Shown: in pieces, positions 1-10,860 of the stretch
How positions within the stretch are numbered: the stretch's first letter is position 1
Layout: every line of letters starts with the position of its first letter
Origin: Octopus sinensis
Lineage: Eukaryota
Assembly (NCBI RefSeq): GCF_006345805.1
Contig: NW_021834868.1
Coordinates: 1 to 45,639 of the forward strand
Direction: 5' to 3'
Length of the DNA stretch: 45,639 bases
Position numbers and translations under genes: made by a program
The notes under the pieces: model-generated
What the model saw: only the letters and a program-made list of their open reading frames with translations
Told to the model about the DNA's origin: nothing
Databases searched by the model: none

Positions 1-342
1 AAGAAGAAGAAGAAGAAGAAGAAGAAAGAGAGAGAGTGAGAGAGAGAGAGATGGATGATCTGGGGATTTTCAATGGAACAGAGAATGCTAAAATAATGTT
101 TTAAATTCAAGTGGAATAATAAGGGTTACTCAAAACTGAGTCGTTGTGAGTCGCTACTCAGAGGTTGCCGTTTCCATTTTCTCTGGAAATTTTTTTTTTC
201 TTATAAACAACAATCAGGGGTTTACTCAAGGGACATCTGAGTTGGGGCAGAAATTTTAGGCCAGAGAATAATAATGGGAATAAGAGTGGAGAGGGAAGAA
301 GGTTTGGGGGGGATGGAAGTGTAGGATAGGTTGGGATGGTAT

Positions 343-410
343 AAATCCTTAAAATGCTTTAAAATGTTTTAGCCCGAAGGCCGCAGCCATGCTGGGGCAC
401 CACTGCTGAA
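343..410 (-). mobile_element. 3' terminus of a non-LTR retroelement (GGTGCYCCAGCATGGCYGC-hairpin-tandem tail family)
   Basis: Near-identical to 38961-39028. Minus strand reads ggtgccccagcatggctgcggcc-ttcg-ggctaaaacattttaaagcattttaaggattta, related to the 3' tail of the SINEs at 10861, 19137 and 40484. Confidence 0.6.
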
Positions 411-2649
411 ATGGTGAAGATTTGCAGGTTAGGACAGCTATGAAGAGAATGACGAAGAGGAAGAAGTAGGAGGAGGGAAAGGAGGATAAGGAAGAAGAGG
501 AGTAGGAAGAAGAAGAAGGTAATGATGATGATAAGGAAGGGGAGGAGGAGGAAGAGACCACGTGATTGCTAAGCTAACTTCTTCATTCGGACATGCTATA
601 AATCTTATTGAATATACAATTACAGAAATAATTAGACAAGACATTAAAAAAAAAGAATAGGAAATAAGAGGAGGCGGGAGGGGGGAAGGGAGGAATATTT
701 AGATTTAAGGTGACCATCCCGACAGTAAGTTCATAATGCTAAATGGATTGGTATCATAACTTGGCCTCGCGATTGAAACGAGGTCGTGAGGTATTTTTGA
801 AAGAAATGAAGAATTTTGGAGAGATATTGGCATTGTATATTGGGGTAAATGTAAAGAGAGGGGTGTGGATGGTTGTGAGTTTGAAGGGTGAGCTATTGGG
901 CCAAGTTCTGAAAGGCCTTAAATGCGCTTAAACACACACACACGCGCGCGCGCACACACACACTTATATATACACATATGTACATGCACTCACCCACACA
1001 AACCTTCATGCACACAGGCATTCACAATGACAAACATTTACAAAAGAAGAAAAAAAATGTTAAACGTGACAACTAAGTTTCGCCTCTGATCGGTTTTATT
1101 TAACTTCGTACTTACATGCTCGGGTACATCTTAAGGGTGGAGAATAATGAGCGGCTTTTAGGCAGGGTTTATGGAAGTTAAAACAAATGCAATTTATAGA
1201 AATAAAAAAAAATGGAATTGGTGCTGCAAATATTCTTGGTGGTTCTTCGTTGCAGCTCATTCGCTACCCTCTCTGCGTGGCGTGTTTGTTTTTTAGCCTA
1301 CCTTGTGTATATTCGTCGGAGTTGTATTTTTTTTTTTTTTTTACAGAAAAAGAAAATGCTATTTCGGTAAACGGAATCACTAGCATGAAGTGACTGCAAC
1401 AGCGTTCTGCATCAAAGATATACTGTTAAAGAAGTGAACTGGATACTATAAAACACACGATTCTCTCAGAAGGAAAAAAACTAGCTATTTAGATAAAAGA
1501 ACTGCGGCCATGTAACTCAAATTGTTGATCTGTGAGTCTTAAATTACTTAATATTTGTAACAGACAACAAATATTATTGATAAGATATTTTTTCTTTATC
1601 CTGGCGCCCTTTATGTTGTCCCTTAAAGGGATTTTATAATTTATGGTTTTGCTATCAAATAGTTTTCTTTTCATTTTCTTTTTTTCTTAAGGAAAATAAT
1701 ATCAGTGTTAAGGTCTAATATGGCCGCCAATGCTATTTCAGATTTTTTGCTTATCCATGAACAACTTTTTCTTTAAATTTGCTGTTTAGTCTGTTGATAT
1801 GAAAGTATTCACAGTAACGTCCTTATTTCATCTCTTTTTTTTTATAGTGGCAGCGAGGGATATATTAATCAAAATAACTTGTTAGTATTGTCGAAAATAA
1901 AGTTTTAGATATATTTTCCACTTATCTCTAGAATGCTTCGTGTCCAAGTACCATAAAGGCTGTTGGCAAAAATCTCCTTTTCTACGTTAAGAAATATATG
2001 GATTGTAATAATGGCAGCTATGTAGGCCACAAACTGCAAAGCGTCCATAATTCATTGATGGCAGACGTTCTGGTGAAATTAGCGTTTTCTACTTCGAGCT
2101 TTTGTTACGAAACTCTTGCTTAGCATAAAAATAAAAATATTCAAAATGTCTGACCAAGACAGCTATGTTCTAGAATTAAGGGCTCCGATTTGGTGTCCGT
2201 AGTAATCGAAAAATAAAAAAGATTGTCAAAAACAGTATTGTATAATCAGATTTAGCTATAATCTTACAACATGGATTATCTCCCTCAAATTCCCTCCATG
2301 CCTAGGATTTTTTCTGCAGTCGTTGATGTAGGGTTGATCATAAAAACGACAATGTTGTTATCTCATCGCTTCCAGAAGATCTGTGTAGGCCTGTGTGCCT
2401 GGCAAACTAATCCAAACACAAGAAGATAAATTGAAATACCGAAGTACATCTGATAAGTTTTTCTTCAGTTTTGTGAAGCTGTCTGCAGTTGGTGCAATGT
2501 ATGAGTAACTTTCTCAGCTCTGGATATTACTGGTTGAAGTTAACCTATGACATAGCTTTTAGTACACGTTTCTTCTTGGAAGAATCATTGAAAATAATCA
2601 ACTCGGTTCCTGTTATTATGAATCGTTAATCGCTGATTGGTTGACAAAA

Positions 2650-3308
2650 TTAATGACTTACTCTATTTAGCTGGTGCTGAAAAAAAAATTTCACCAGTAC
2701 AGTAAAATACGATGCAACTAGAACAGAACCAAACGCACACCAATTTGTAACGATATCAAACATGGGGTCATGCATGGAACACCGACTATAAAACATGTGG
2801 CTCTCCGAATGTTACGCACAAATGGTAATGTTCACCGCAACGTAAGATAATCGCGACAGAACCAAATGATAATCTCCTATCAATTTAAGGATTTCATTGG
2901 CAGCCCCAAAAAGTAAGCCATAAGGTTCGTTCCCAATGAGTGACTAATAAACTGTTTGCCCTCTTTGGTGTTCTAAATTAGTGAAGAAAAATTCTTCATT
3001 ACCAAACGAAACCATAATATTATGTGATAATTCTACCCATAAATCCTTGTTTGCAGCAACAGGTTTTTCCCATCCCGTGTACTGAGATAGTGAAGGGTAA
3101 TTTCCCCGCGAATCCTCATCTGCTTAACACCGCTGATAAATGCCAAATATCTGTTATTCACCTTGTACGTAGTCGATACCCATTTCCGGTTACCAAGCAC
3201 GACTGACTTGCTAAAATTAAGAAATTCAGTGGAACGGTTGGAATTGTAAAAAGCCAATAAATAAACAGACATAAATGAAAATATAAATAGTAAACATAAA
3301 CGAAACAA
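2650..3308 (-). pseudogene. Decayed reading frame with a hydrophobic N-terminus and a C-terminal TM-like segment; unknown family
   Basis: ORF 3308-3033 joins, through one frameshift near 3065, a 137-codon frame 3060-2650 (VAANKDLWVELSHNIMVSFGNEEFFF...FDIVTNWCAFGSVLVASYFTVLVKFFFQHQLNRVSH*) with only 2 internal stops. Confidence 0.35.
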
Positions 3309-3353
3309 TAATAAACATAAATAACAAAAACAATGTGGAAATTATTATTATTA

Positions 3354-3388
<35 letters not shown>

Positions 3389-3446
3389 GTTATTATTATT
3401 ATTGTTATTATTCGTGAATGTTACATATTAAAATGTACTGAAATGT

Positions 3447-3743
3447 TTAAAGTATGAAAGAAAGGCCAAGTATGTATAAAACAGTAATAAACGCTAGAAA
3501 GCCCAGCACGGTTATTGTATAAGAACCGTAGTTAATCCACAACGGCACTGATATACAGAGAAATATTGCTGCAAGAAGATAAAAGATATTCTTGGGCATT
3601 CTAGTTCTTAATAGCACATAATGGCCGGTAATCTTTGGTGTTTTCTTGCAAGAGCGACAGTTGCAAGAACAGCAGCAGGAACAACAACAATCGAACAGCG
3701 CCAAAAGTCGAGCAGCATCTGAATTACGTCGCGTGGCAGTCAT
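3447..3743 (-). CDS. Putative 98-aa small membrane protein with a Cys cluster (CCCSCCCSCNCRSC) and two C-terminal hydrophobic segments; ORF extends upstream to an ATG at 3950
   Basis: Non-repetitive open frame MTATRRNSDAARLLALFDCCC...IFYLLAAIFLCISVPLWI...ITVLGFLAFITVLYILGLSFIL*, divergent from the 601-aa ORF. No homologue recognised. Confidence 0.4.
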   Translation of the reverse strand: MTATRRNSDAARLLALFDCCCSCCCSCNCRSCKKTPKITGHYVLLRTRMPKNIFYLLAAIFLCISVPLWINYGSYTITVLGFLAFITVLYILGLSFIL

Positions 3744-3866
3744 CTTATCAGAGATGACGAAATGAAATAGTAAAGAAATCGGAGATTCGGATTTGAATGA
3801 CGTCATAATACGTCTGTAGATAGTAAGGCATTTTGTATGCCTACTTGAAGTGAGTCCTTCAAAGAA

Positions 3867-5672
3867 ATGGTATGTGATTCTGATATATCCGAAGACAGCA
3901 GCAATGAACTGCTCAGAAACAGAATAAAACATCGGGTGATTAATAGCCATACACTTCCGAAGAAAAAGAAAGATTTTTATGGAGATATTTCGAAAATAAC
4001 CAGTCGTTGTAATAAGGAACTACCAAAGAATGGGAGACAAGATGAAAACATTTCTAGAGAAAATGTAAAGAGGAAAAAATCCTCCAAATCGAAATACCCT
4101 GGAAGGAAATGCAAAAGAAAGAAAGAGACAAGCGATTCAGATAAATTAATGACACAGTCTTGTTGTGTTTATTATCTTCTAGCGAAGGATACAAGTGAAG
4201 GAAGTGTGAATTTAAAGAAGAAAGTGAAGAACGGTCCCCGAAAGAAAGCAACTACAGTGATAGGTGGGAAAAATACGATCAACCGACTTTCTCCTCTGAA
4301 GAATAAAACAAATCAAGGAGCTATTGTGAAAACTGTGAAATCAATGAAGTTCAGTCAGGTTAAAATTGATGACAAGAAAACTATTACAGAAAGTAAAACG
4401 AAATCCTCACCACTCGAAAATATTAAAAAACCGATAAAATCAAAAGGAGGTAAAAAGATGTTGATTAAAAAGAAAAGTATATCTCCAGAGGAAGTACTTG
4501 ATGACGATATTTTAAGACTTGGAAAACCAACTGAAAAAGTCAGGAAGAGGTCGAGGCTACGCCGAGTGAAAAAAGAACTTAAGACGGCGGAGATAAAAAA
4601 AACACCTATTGTGGGCGGTAAGGGCAACGCATTTGGTGCTGCGGCTAAGGATTTACCGCTCCGAAATAAAAAAGATCGGGATATGATTAGAAAATTAGAA
4701 GCAATGTTAGGCACAAGTATTTTCAATGATCCACCTAAGACCGAGGGAAAAAAAGGGAAAAAGAAAACGATAAAGAAAAGAAGCAAAAGTAGAAGTACTT
4801 CAAAAGGTTTAAGGTCTTCGCCGAGAAAGATGGAAATTAGACATATTACTACTAAGACGATTGAGAAAAGAGGATATTATCGAAAGAGATGTGTTCTTCG
4901 GACTGTAGGAAAAAAACCCAGATATAGGATGAAAGGAGGCGAGAAGAAGGTGCGCCGCAAGAAATGTCGACGACGGAAAATAACTAAAAAGCGAAATTCT
5001 GTTCTAGAATCTGAGAAAGAAGAAGAGGTTGAGGATGTGGAGAAAATAAAATCAGATCGGGATGGTTGTCTCTCCTTGGATGCAAGGGAAACAGGAACAA
5101 AGAATGTACAAGAGGAGAAGGAGGAGGAGGAGGAAGGGGAAGAAGAAGAAGATGAAGCAGAAGAAGAGAAATCGGTTGAGGAAGTGAAGGGGGAGGAGGA
5201 AAAGGTAGAGGAAGAAGAGAAGGCGGAGGAGGAAGAGAAGGCAGAGGAGGAAGAGAAGGCAGAGGAGGAAGAGAAGGCAGAGGAGGAAGAGAAGGCGGAG
5301 GAGGAAGAGAAGGTGGAGGAGGAAGAGAAAGTGGAAAAGGAAGAGAAGGCGGAGAAAGAGGGAGAGGAGGAGGAGGAAGCTGAAGAAGAGAAAGAGAAGG
5401 CGGAAGAGGAGGAAGCTATCAAGGGGAAGGAAAATGATGAAGAGAAAGAGGCGGAAGATGATGCGGAGGAAGAGAACATGAAGCCAGGTGAGAAAGAAGG
5501 AAAGGAGAGGGACGCGGAGACGGAGCGGACTGGGTGGAATCTGGACAAAAAGTACGGATTATTGGGATTATCGAAACAGAGCAAATGGTCTGTGAGGAAA
5601 TCCAGGCAACTTCCAAAGGTGGTGAAGGAAAAAAAGTGTTTGAAATTGTACTGTATCAATGTAATTATGTGA
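3867..5672 (+). CDS. 601-aa low-complexity protein: Lys/Arg-rich N-terminal ~380 aa and Glu-rich C-terminal region with EEEEKA repeats; unknown function
   Basis: Longest ORF in the window, uninterrupted for 1.8 kb, with an in-frame stop at 3846 upstream of the ATG. The basic half is not a simple repeat at DNA level. Confidence 0.6.
   Translation: MVCDSDISEDSSNELLRNRIKHRVINSHTLPKKKKDFYGDISKITSRCNKELPKNGRQDENISRENVKRKKSSKSKYPGRKCKRKKETSDSDKLMTQSCCVYYLLAKDTSEGSVNLKKKVKNGPRKKATTVIGGKNTINRLSPLKNKTNQGAIVKTVKSMKFSQVKIDDKKTITESKTKSSPLENIKKPIKSKGGKKMLIKKKSISPEEVLDDDILRLGKPTEKVRKRSRLRRVKKELKTAEIKKTPIVGGKGNAFGAAAKDLPLRNKKDRDMIRKLEAMLGTSIFNDPPKTEGKKGKKKTIKKRSKSRSTSKGLRSSPRKMEIRHITTKTIEKRGYYRKRCVLRTVGKKPRYRMKGGEKKVRRKKCRRRKITKKRNSVLESEKEEEVEDVEKIKSDRDGCLSLDARETGTKNVQEEKEEEEEGEEEEDEAEEEKSVEEVKGEEEKVEEEEKAEEEEKAEEEEKAEEEEKAEEEEKAEEEEKVEEEEKVEKEEKAEKEGEEEEEAEEEKEKAEEEEAIKGKENDEEKEAEDDAEEENMKPGEKEGKERDAETERTGWNLDKKYGLLGLSKQSKWSVRKSRQLPKVVKEKKCLKLYCINVIM
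5208..5352 (+). repeat. In-frame 18-bp minisatellite (GAGGAGGAAGAGAAGGCR), about 8 units, encoding EEEEKA/V
   Basis: Directly visible tandem units inside the 601-aa ORF. Confidence 0.9.
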
Positions 5673-6045
5673 CACGCGTTAATTAGACGTCTGACAACAT
5701 AATTATGTCATACACATTAATTAGACTCACTCAACTCAAGAAAACTGAATAACGAAATAAACTAACATTTGACTTGAAGTTTTGTTCAGATTTGTTTATT
5801 GAAAGTTGGACGGTGGTCAAGTTTATTTATCACATCCTTGCAAGATTTCCATTAAGGAGTAGATCCGTTGCGCAATCAGATTACATCATCAAATTGTTAA
5901 AGTTTTATTTCTTCATTGATTTTAGACAAATGACGAAGGTTAGCAAGCATAAGTCCTTACTTACTTATAGAACTGTAAAAGCTCTAAGACTGGCGAGTGA
6001 GGGAGGCCTGGGATGAATGTATTCTTAGATGGGTTCCTAACCTAA

Positions 6046-6621
6046 ATGTTAAGCTCTGCTAAAGTTACCCACGGCCCAAGTTGTGATACTAGGAAACCTA
6101 ATGACGAACTGCAATGGCAGCTAAATCCGGCAGAGTACTACACGGTTTCCTACAAGGAGTTTCGATCGATCTATGACTATGGCCAAGTGTCTAATGCACT
6201 TGCCCAAATGCTACGCAATGGGAATTGAACAAAAAGCTACTCTGGTCACAACCAGAAGCTGTTGTATCAGCTTCTGCATTTGCAGTATAAGGCGGGATAT
6301 TTTACGTTTAATGATGAAGCTTCACGTTTCGTTCTGTTTTGCTTTTCATCTTTCAAAGATCGGTGAAATAAAAACTGGGGTCACCATCCGTCTGATGGGT
6401 TTTTGAAGACTGCACCTAGAAAGTTGACCGCTTCAAGACTTAGAAATTGGGCAACTTTTCCCTTATATAAAGCCAGCAGCGGCACATGCAAGTAAGTGCC
6501 CCTTTCTCTAAATGTTTTCATGTTGCCCTCTATAAAGACAAGAGCTTATATAGCTTGGCAACAGGGTCGTCGCTGGCGAACACAAAGAGCAAGAGCAAAT
6601 ACCGCAAGGCCCCCTGTCTGA
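6046..6621 (+). pseudogene. Decayed reading frame, unknown family
   Basis: 192 codons in one frame with only 3 internal stops (MLSSAK...LRNGN*TKSYSGHNQKLLYQLLHLQYKAGYFTFNDEASRFVLF...KDR*NKNWGHH...CK*VPL...ARPPV*). Confidence 0.4.
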
Positions 6622-6649
6622 CGTTCTATTGATTCTATTCATCCACTGC

Positions 6650-6890
6650 CCTGGGCTGGTAGTTTATTTAGTAACTCCGAAGAGATAAAAGGCAAAGTTG
6701 ACCTCAGCCGGAATGGAACTCTGATCGAAGGGTATCAGAACAAATAGCGCAAACTCGACAATACGACGCTCTAGCGATTCCATCAATTTGCCGTCTTGGA
6801 ATAGTTATTTCTAGTATAGGGACAAAGGCAGAAATACTGAGGTGGGGGAGTAGTCGATTTAAATCGACCCCAGTACATGACTGGTATAAA
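6650..6890 (-). mobile_element. Degenerate SINE fragments of the family at 18573/42535
   Basis: Reverse complement matches gagttcaaattccgccgaggtcgactttgcctttcatcc and the ccagt...ctggggtcgat segment. Confidence 0.6.
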
Positions 6891-7117
6891 CTACAAAGTA
6901 CCAGTATTTATTCCGATTCTCTGTGATCTAAGATCAAATTCTACTAAGGTCAACCTCCTCCTACTCCTTTTTCTTCTTCTTTTTCTCCTCCTCCTCTAGT
7001 ATTCGGCTCATTCCGTTATTCCTATTCGTAAATATTGAACCGAAGTAAGAAACCTTCCGAAGATGGACATTTGTGCGCGGGTACACGTGTGTGTGTATTT
7101 GTGTTTAGGTTGTGCCT

Positions 7118-7888
7118 GACTTAGACTATACTGCTGACCTGGCATTACTAACAGAAAGGACAGATCAAGCACAGGAGGTGCTGAGCAGATTAGAGCAGGA
7201 ATCGAGGAAGGCAGGATTGTACTGTAACAAAAAGTATTCAACCACAAAATGCCTGTGTCAGTGAAAGTTAAAGACGGTAGGTCGCTGAAGGTAGTTGAAA
7301 ATTTCAAATACCTTGGTGCGTGGACACAAAGTACGGAGAAAGACATCGTAGCAAGGAAAGCTCTTGCCTGAAGCGCATGCCATAAATTGAGAAAGGTATG
7401 GAGTTCAAAGTTAGCAAGGAAATTGAAAGTAAGGTTGTTTCTGGCAACAGTGGAGTCTGTTCTTCAATACGGGGCTGAAACATGGACGCTCACAAAAGCA
7501 TTGAAGAAGTAGTTGGACGGTTGTTATACGAGGATGTTCAAATGGCACTCAATGTCTCCTGGAAGAGTCATATAACAAACGCCGACATATACCAGGAACT
7601 ACGAAAAGTAACGTTGAAGATACAGCACAGAAGGGTGAGGCTAGATGGACACTGCATCAGACACTCCAATGAAATTGCTAACAAGCGAGTGCTATGGCAA
7701 CCAACGGAAGGAAGAACCAAAAGAGGAAGGAGAAAGACGACCGGTATTGGACAACTTGCTGGAGGATACTGGAATGGAAGGGGTACAAGAGCTGAGGACC
7801 ATTATGGGAGATCGAGATGAATGGGGGGAAAACGTGTGGAAACTGTCTTGGGGGCGTCCTGAGGGTCGACATCGATAGATAAATAAAT
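7118..7888 (+). mobile_element. 5'-truncated RTE/RTEX-type LINE; RT C-terminus with stops and frameshifts
   Basis: DLDYTADLALL (degenerate YADD), VENFKYLGAW, VESVLQYGAETWTLT, LDGCYTRM, LNVSWKSHITN, GHCIRH, DRDEW; ends in a (TAGA)(TAAA) tail. Confidence 0.9.
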
Positions 7889-7899
7889 GCATACATATG

Positions 7900-8460
7900 C
7901 ATGCATGTATGTATGTATGTATGTATGTATGTAGGTGTGTATGTATGTATGTAGGTGTGTATGTATGTGTGTGTGTTTGTATGTATGTAGGTGTGTTTGT
8001 ATGTAGGTGTGTATGTATATGTGTTTGTATGTAGGTGTGTATGTATGTATGTAGGTGTGTATGTATGTAGGTGTGTTTGTATGTAGGTGTGTATGTATGT
8101 ATGTATGTATGTAGGTGTGTATGTATGTATGTAGGTGTGTATGTATGTAGGTGTGTTTGTATGTAGGTGTGTATGTATGTATGTATGTATGTAGGGGTGT
8201 ATGTATGTATGTATGTATGTAGGTGTGTATGTATGTAGGTGTGTTTGTATGTAGGTGTATGTATGTATGTATGTAGGTGTGTTTGTATGTAGGTGTTGTA
8301 TGTAGGTGTATGTATGTATGTATGTATGTATGTATGTATGTATGTATGTAGGTGTGTTTGTATGTAGGTGTATGTATGTATGTATATAGGTTTGTATGTA
8401 TGTAGGTGTGCGCGTGTATGCATGTATGCATGCTTTTATGTATGTATATATATATATATC
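7900..8460. repeat. Compound (TATG)n/(TAGGTG) microsatellite
   Basis: Directly visible. Confidence 0.95.
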
Positions 8461-8599
8461 TATGAATGTATCTATGTGTGTTCGTATACACACATAACAT
8501 ACTTATAACATTATATATGCATACCTTCATATATATGTATGCATCTCTGTTGTGTGTGTGTATATGTGTTAGCGGATTTTAAGCTGTCTTGCCATGTAA

Positions 8600-8662
8600 A
8601 GAGCTGTAACTAAATACCACAAGGCATCTTTATCCGACGCTCTTATGACTCTGCCAGCCATA
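8600..8662 (-). mobile_element. SINE 5' head fragment (18573 family)
   Basis: Minus strand ggctggcagagtcataagagcgtcggataaagatgccttgtggtattt resembles gagctggcagaatcgttagcacaccgggtaagttgcttagcggcattt. Confidence 0.5.
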
Positions 8663-8674
8663 TTTGCTTTATAA

Positions 8675-8701
8675 CAATAATAATAATAATAATAATAATA
8701 A

Positions 8702-8732
<31 letters not shown>

Positions 8733-8751
8733 AAGAAGAATGATGATGATG

Positions 8752-8812
<61 letters not shown>

Positions 8813-9029
8813 TGATGATAATAATAATAATAATAATAATAAGAAGAAGAAGAAGAAGAAGAAGAATGATGATAATAATAATAATAAGTAATAAAATATA
8901 ATATAATAATAATATAATAATAATAATGATAATAATAATGATAATAATATAATAATAATAATGATAATAATAATAATAATGATGATGATAATAATAATAA
9001 TAATAAGATAATATATAATAATAATAATG

Positions 9030-9073
<44 letters not shown>

Positions 9074-9349
9074 TAATAATAATCATAATAATAATAGAAT
9101 AATAATAATAAGAAGAAGAAGAAGAGAAGAAGAAGATGATGATGATAATAATAATAATAATAATAATAATATAATAATAATAATAATAATAATAATGATA
9201 ATAATAATGATAATAATAATAATAATAATAATGATAATAATAATAATGATGATGATAATAATAATAATAATAATGATAATAATAATAATAATAATAATGA
9301 TAATAATAATAATAAATAATAATAATAATAAATAATAATAATAATAAGA

Positions 9350-9380
<31 letters not shown>

Positions 9381-9450
9381 AAGAAGAAGAAGAAGAAGAA
9401 GAAGAAGAAGAAAACAACAACAACAACAGCAACAATAACAACAATAACTA
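8675..9450. repeat. Compound (TAA)n/(GAA)n/(GAT)n trinucleotide microsatellite
   Basis: Directly visible. Confidence 0.95.
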
Positions 9451-9569
9451 TAATAGTGCAATGAGAAGGGAAAAGATGAACAGCAGCAACAAGAAGAACC
9501 AGCAGTAAGAATGTTAAGTATCGTTCAACCAATCAAATTGATCAAAGAATCGTCTATAAGCAATCAGGG

Positions 9570-10210
9570 AGAAAGAGAAAGAAAGAGAGAGAGAGAGTAA
9601 GAGAAAGAGAGGGAAAGAGAGAAAGCGAGAGACTGACAGAGAGAGAAAGAGTAGGAGAAAGAGAGGGAAAGAGAGAAAGGGAGAGAGACAGCGAGAAAAA
9701 AAAACTAAAGATGATATTGAACGATGAGAAACGTATAATCTTGGTAAATTTCGACCCGTTAGGAATTCTTTCCAAAATAGCAATTAGCCAATCAGAGGAT
9801 TCAAAGAAGAAACAGTTTTGGTAGCTAATCAAAGACGTTAAAGAACGAAAGAGAAAGAATGAAAGAAAGAAAGAAAGACAGAAAGAAAGAAAGAAAGAAA
9901 GAAAGAATGAAAGAAAGGAAGGAAAGAAAAAAGGGAAGAAAGAGAGAGTGTGCGTGTGTATGAGGGAAATGGAGACAGAGACAGGGGGAGAGAGAGGTGG
10001 GAGGAGAGGGTCTGTGGGGAAAGGAACCAGACAGATTGAGGAAAAGAAGGCAACAGAGAGAAAGAGAGAAAGGGAGAGGGATAGGAGAGCAAGAGAGAGA
10101 GAGACGGTGAGAGTGAATGAAAGATAAAGGGAGGGGGAGAAAGAAAGAGAGAGAGAGATTGAGAGTGAGAGTAGAGACGAAGTAATATGAAAGTGGTGAC
10201 GAGTGTTGGT

Positions 10211-10241
<31 letters not shown>

Positions 10242-10250
10242 GAGAGAGAG
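9570..10250. repeat. GA/GAAA polypurine low-complexity tract with short unique islands
   Basis: Directly visible. Confidence 0.85.
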
Positions 10251-10529
10251 AAGTTTCGGATTTAACGAGTCATAAGTGGTGGGTGGTGGGCATCGGAAAT
10301 GGCTACTAATCAAAGCTTAACATGTGGAGACAATGTCATTCCTAGAAATATTCTTCAGTCTAGAAAATATTGTAATATATTAGAGTTTAGACTAACGTTC
10401 CAGTGACTACAAGAATTTGCTACAAAAGACTCGAATGCAAGAATTTGGCCGGAATTTTCAACAAATTACTGGAATATAGTTGAGTGTATCAGTTTTGAAT
10501 TTTAGCGCAGGGGATCACAGGAGCAATAC

Positions 10530-10608
10530 TATTCAACTGGTTCTTATTTTATCGATCTCGATAGGTTGAAAGGCAAAGTTAACTTTGGCGGAATTTGAAC
10601 TCAGAACG
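10530..10608 (-). mobile_element. SINE core fragment (18573 family)
   Basis: Minus strand cgttctgagttcaaattccgccaaagttaactttgcctttcaacc...gataaaataagaaccagt. Confidence 0.7.
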
Positions 10609-10860
10609 AGTAGAAGAAGGATGAGTGACCGAAAGGGAGGGGGGATTGATGCCGCGAACGGACCAGAAGGGGGACGACATGACGTCACGTCCGGAAGCAA
10701 CAGGCTGAAGACGCTCTCTTTCTTACGGGGTTTGTGTTGAGGGCAAGTCGTGTCCTGGGAGCGGTCGTAGTGTGATAGTCCTTGTTAGTGAGTTGTTGGG
10801 TGAGCTTACACATGGTTACAACTGTGAGGTCTGGTTGGTTTTCCCAGGATCCGACGCTTA

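Noticed and set aside
4355-5659. Minus-strand F/S-rich ORFs (143 and 260 aa)
   Set aside because: Antisense shadows of the purine-rich 601-aa ORF.
3867-5672. Calling the ORF a neurofilament or histone H1
   Set aside because: The resemblance is compositional only; I see no rod domain or winged-helix globular domain.
7678-9532. Long ORFs (240-290 aa) rich in YIHT, poly-L/Y/I
   Set aside because: Translations of (TATG)n and (TAA)n microsatellites, open in several frames at once.
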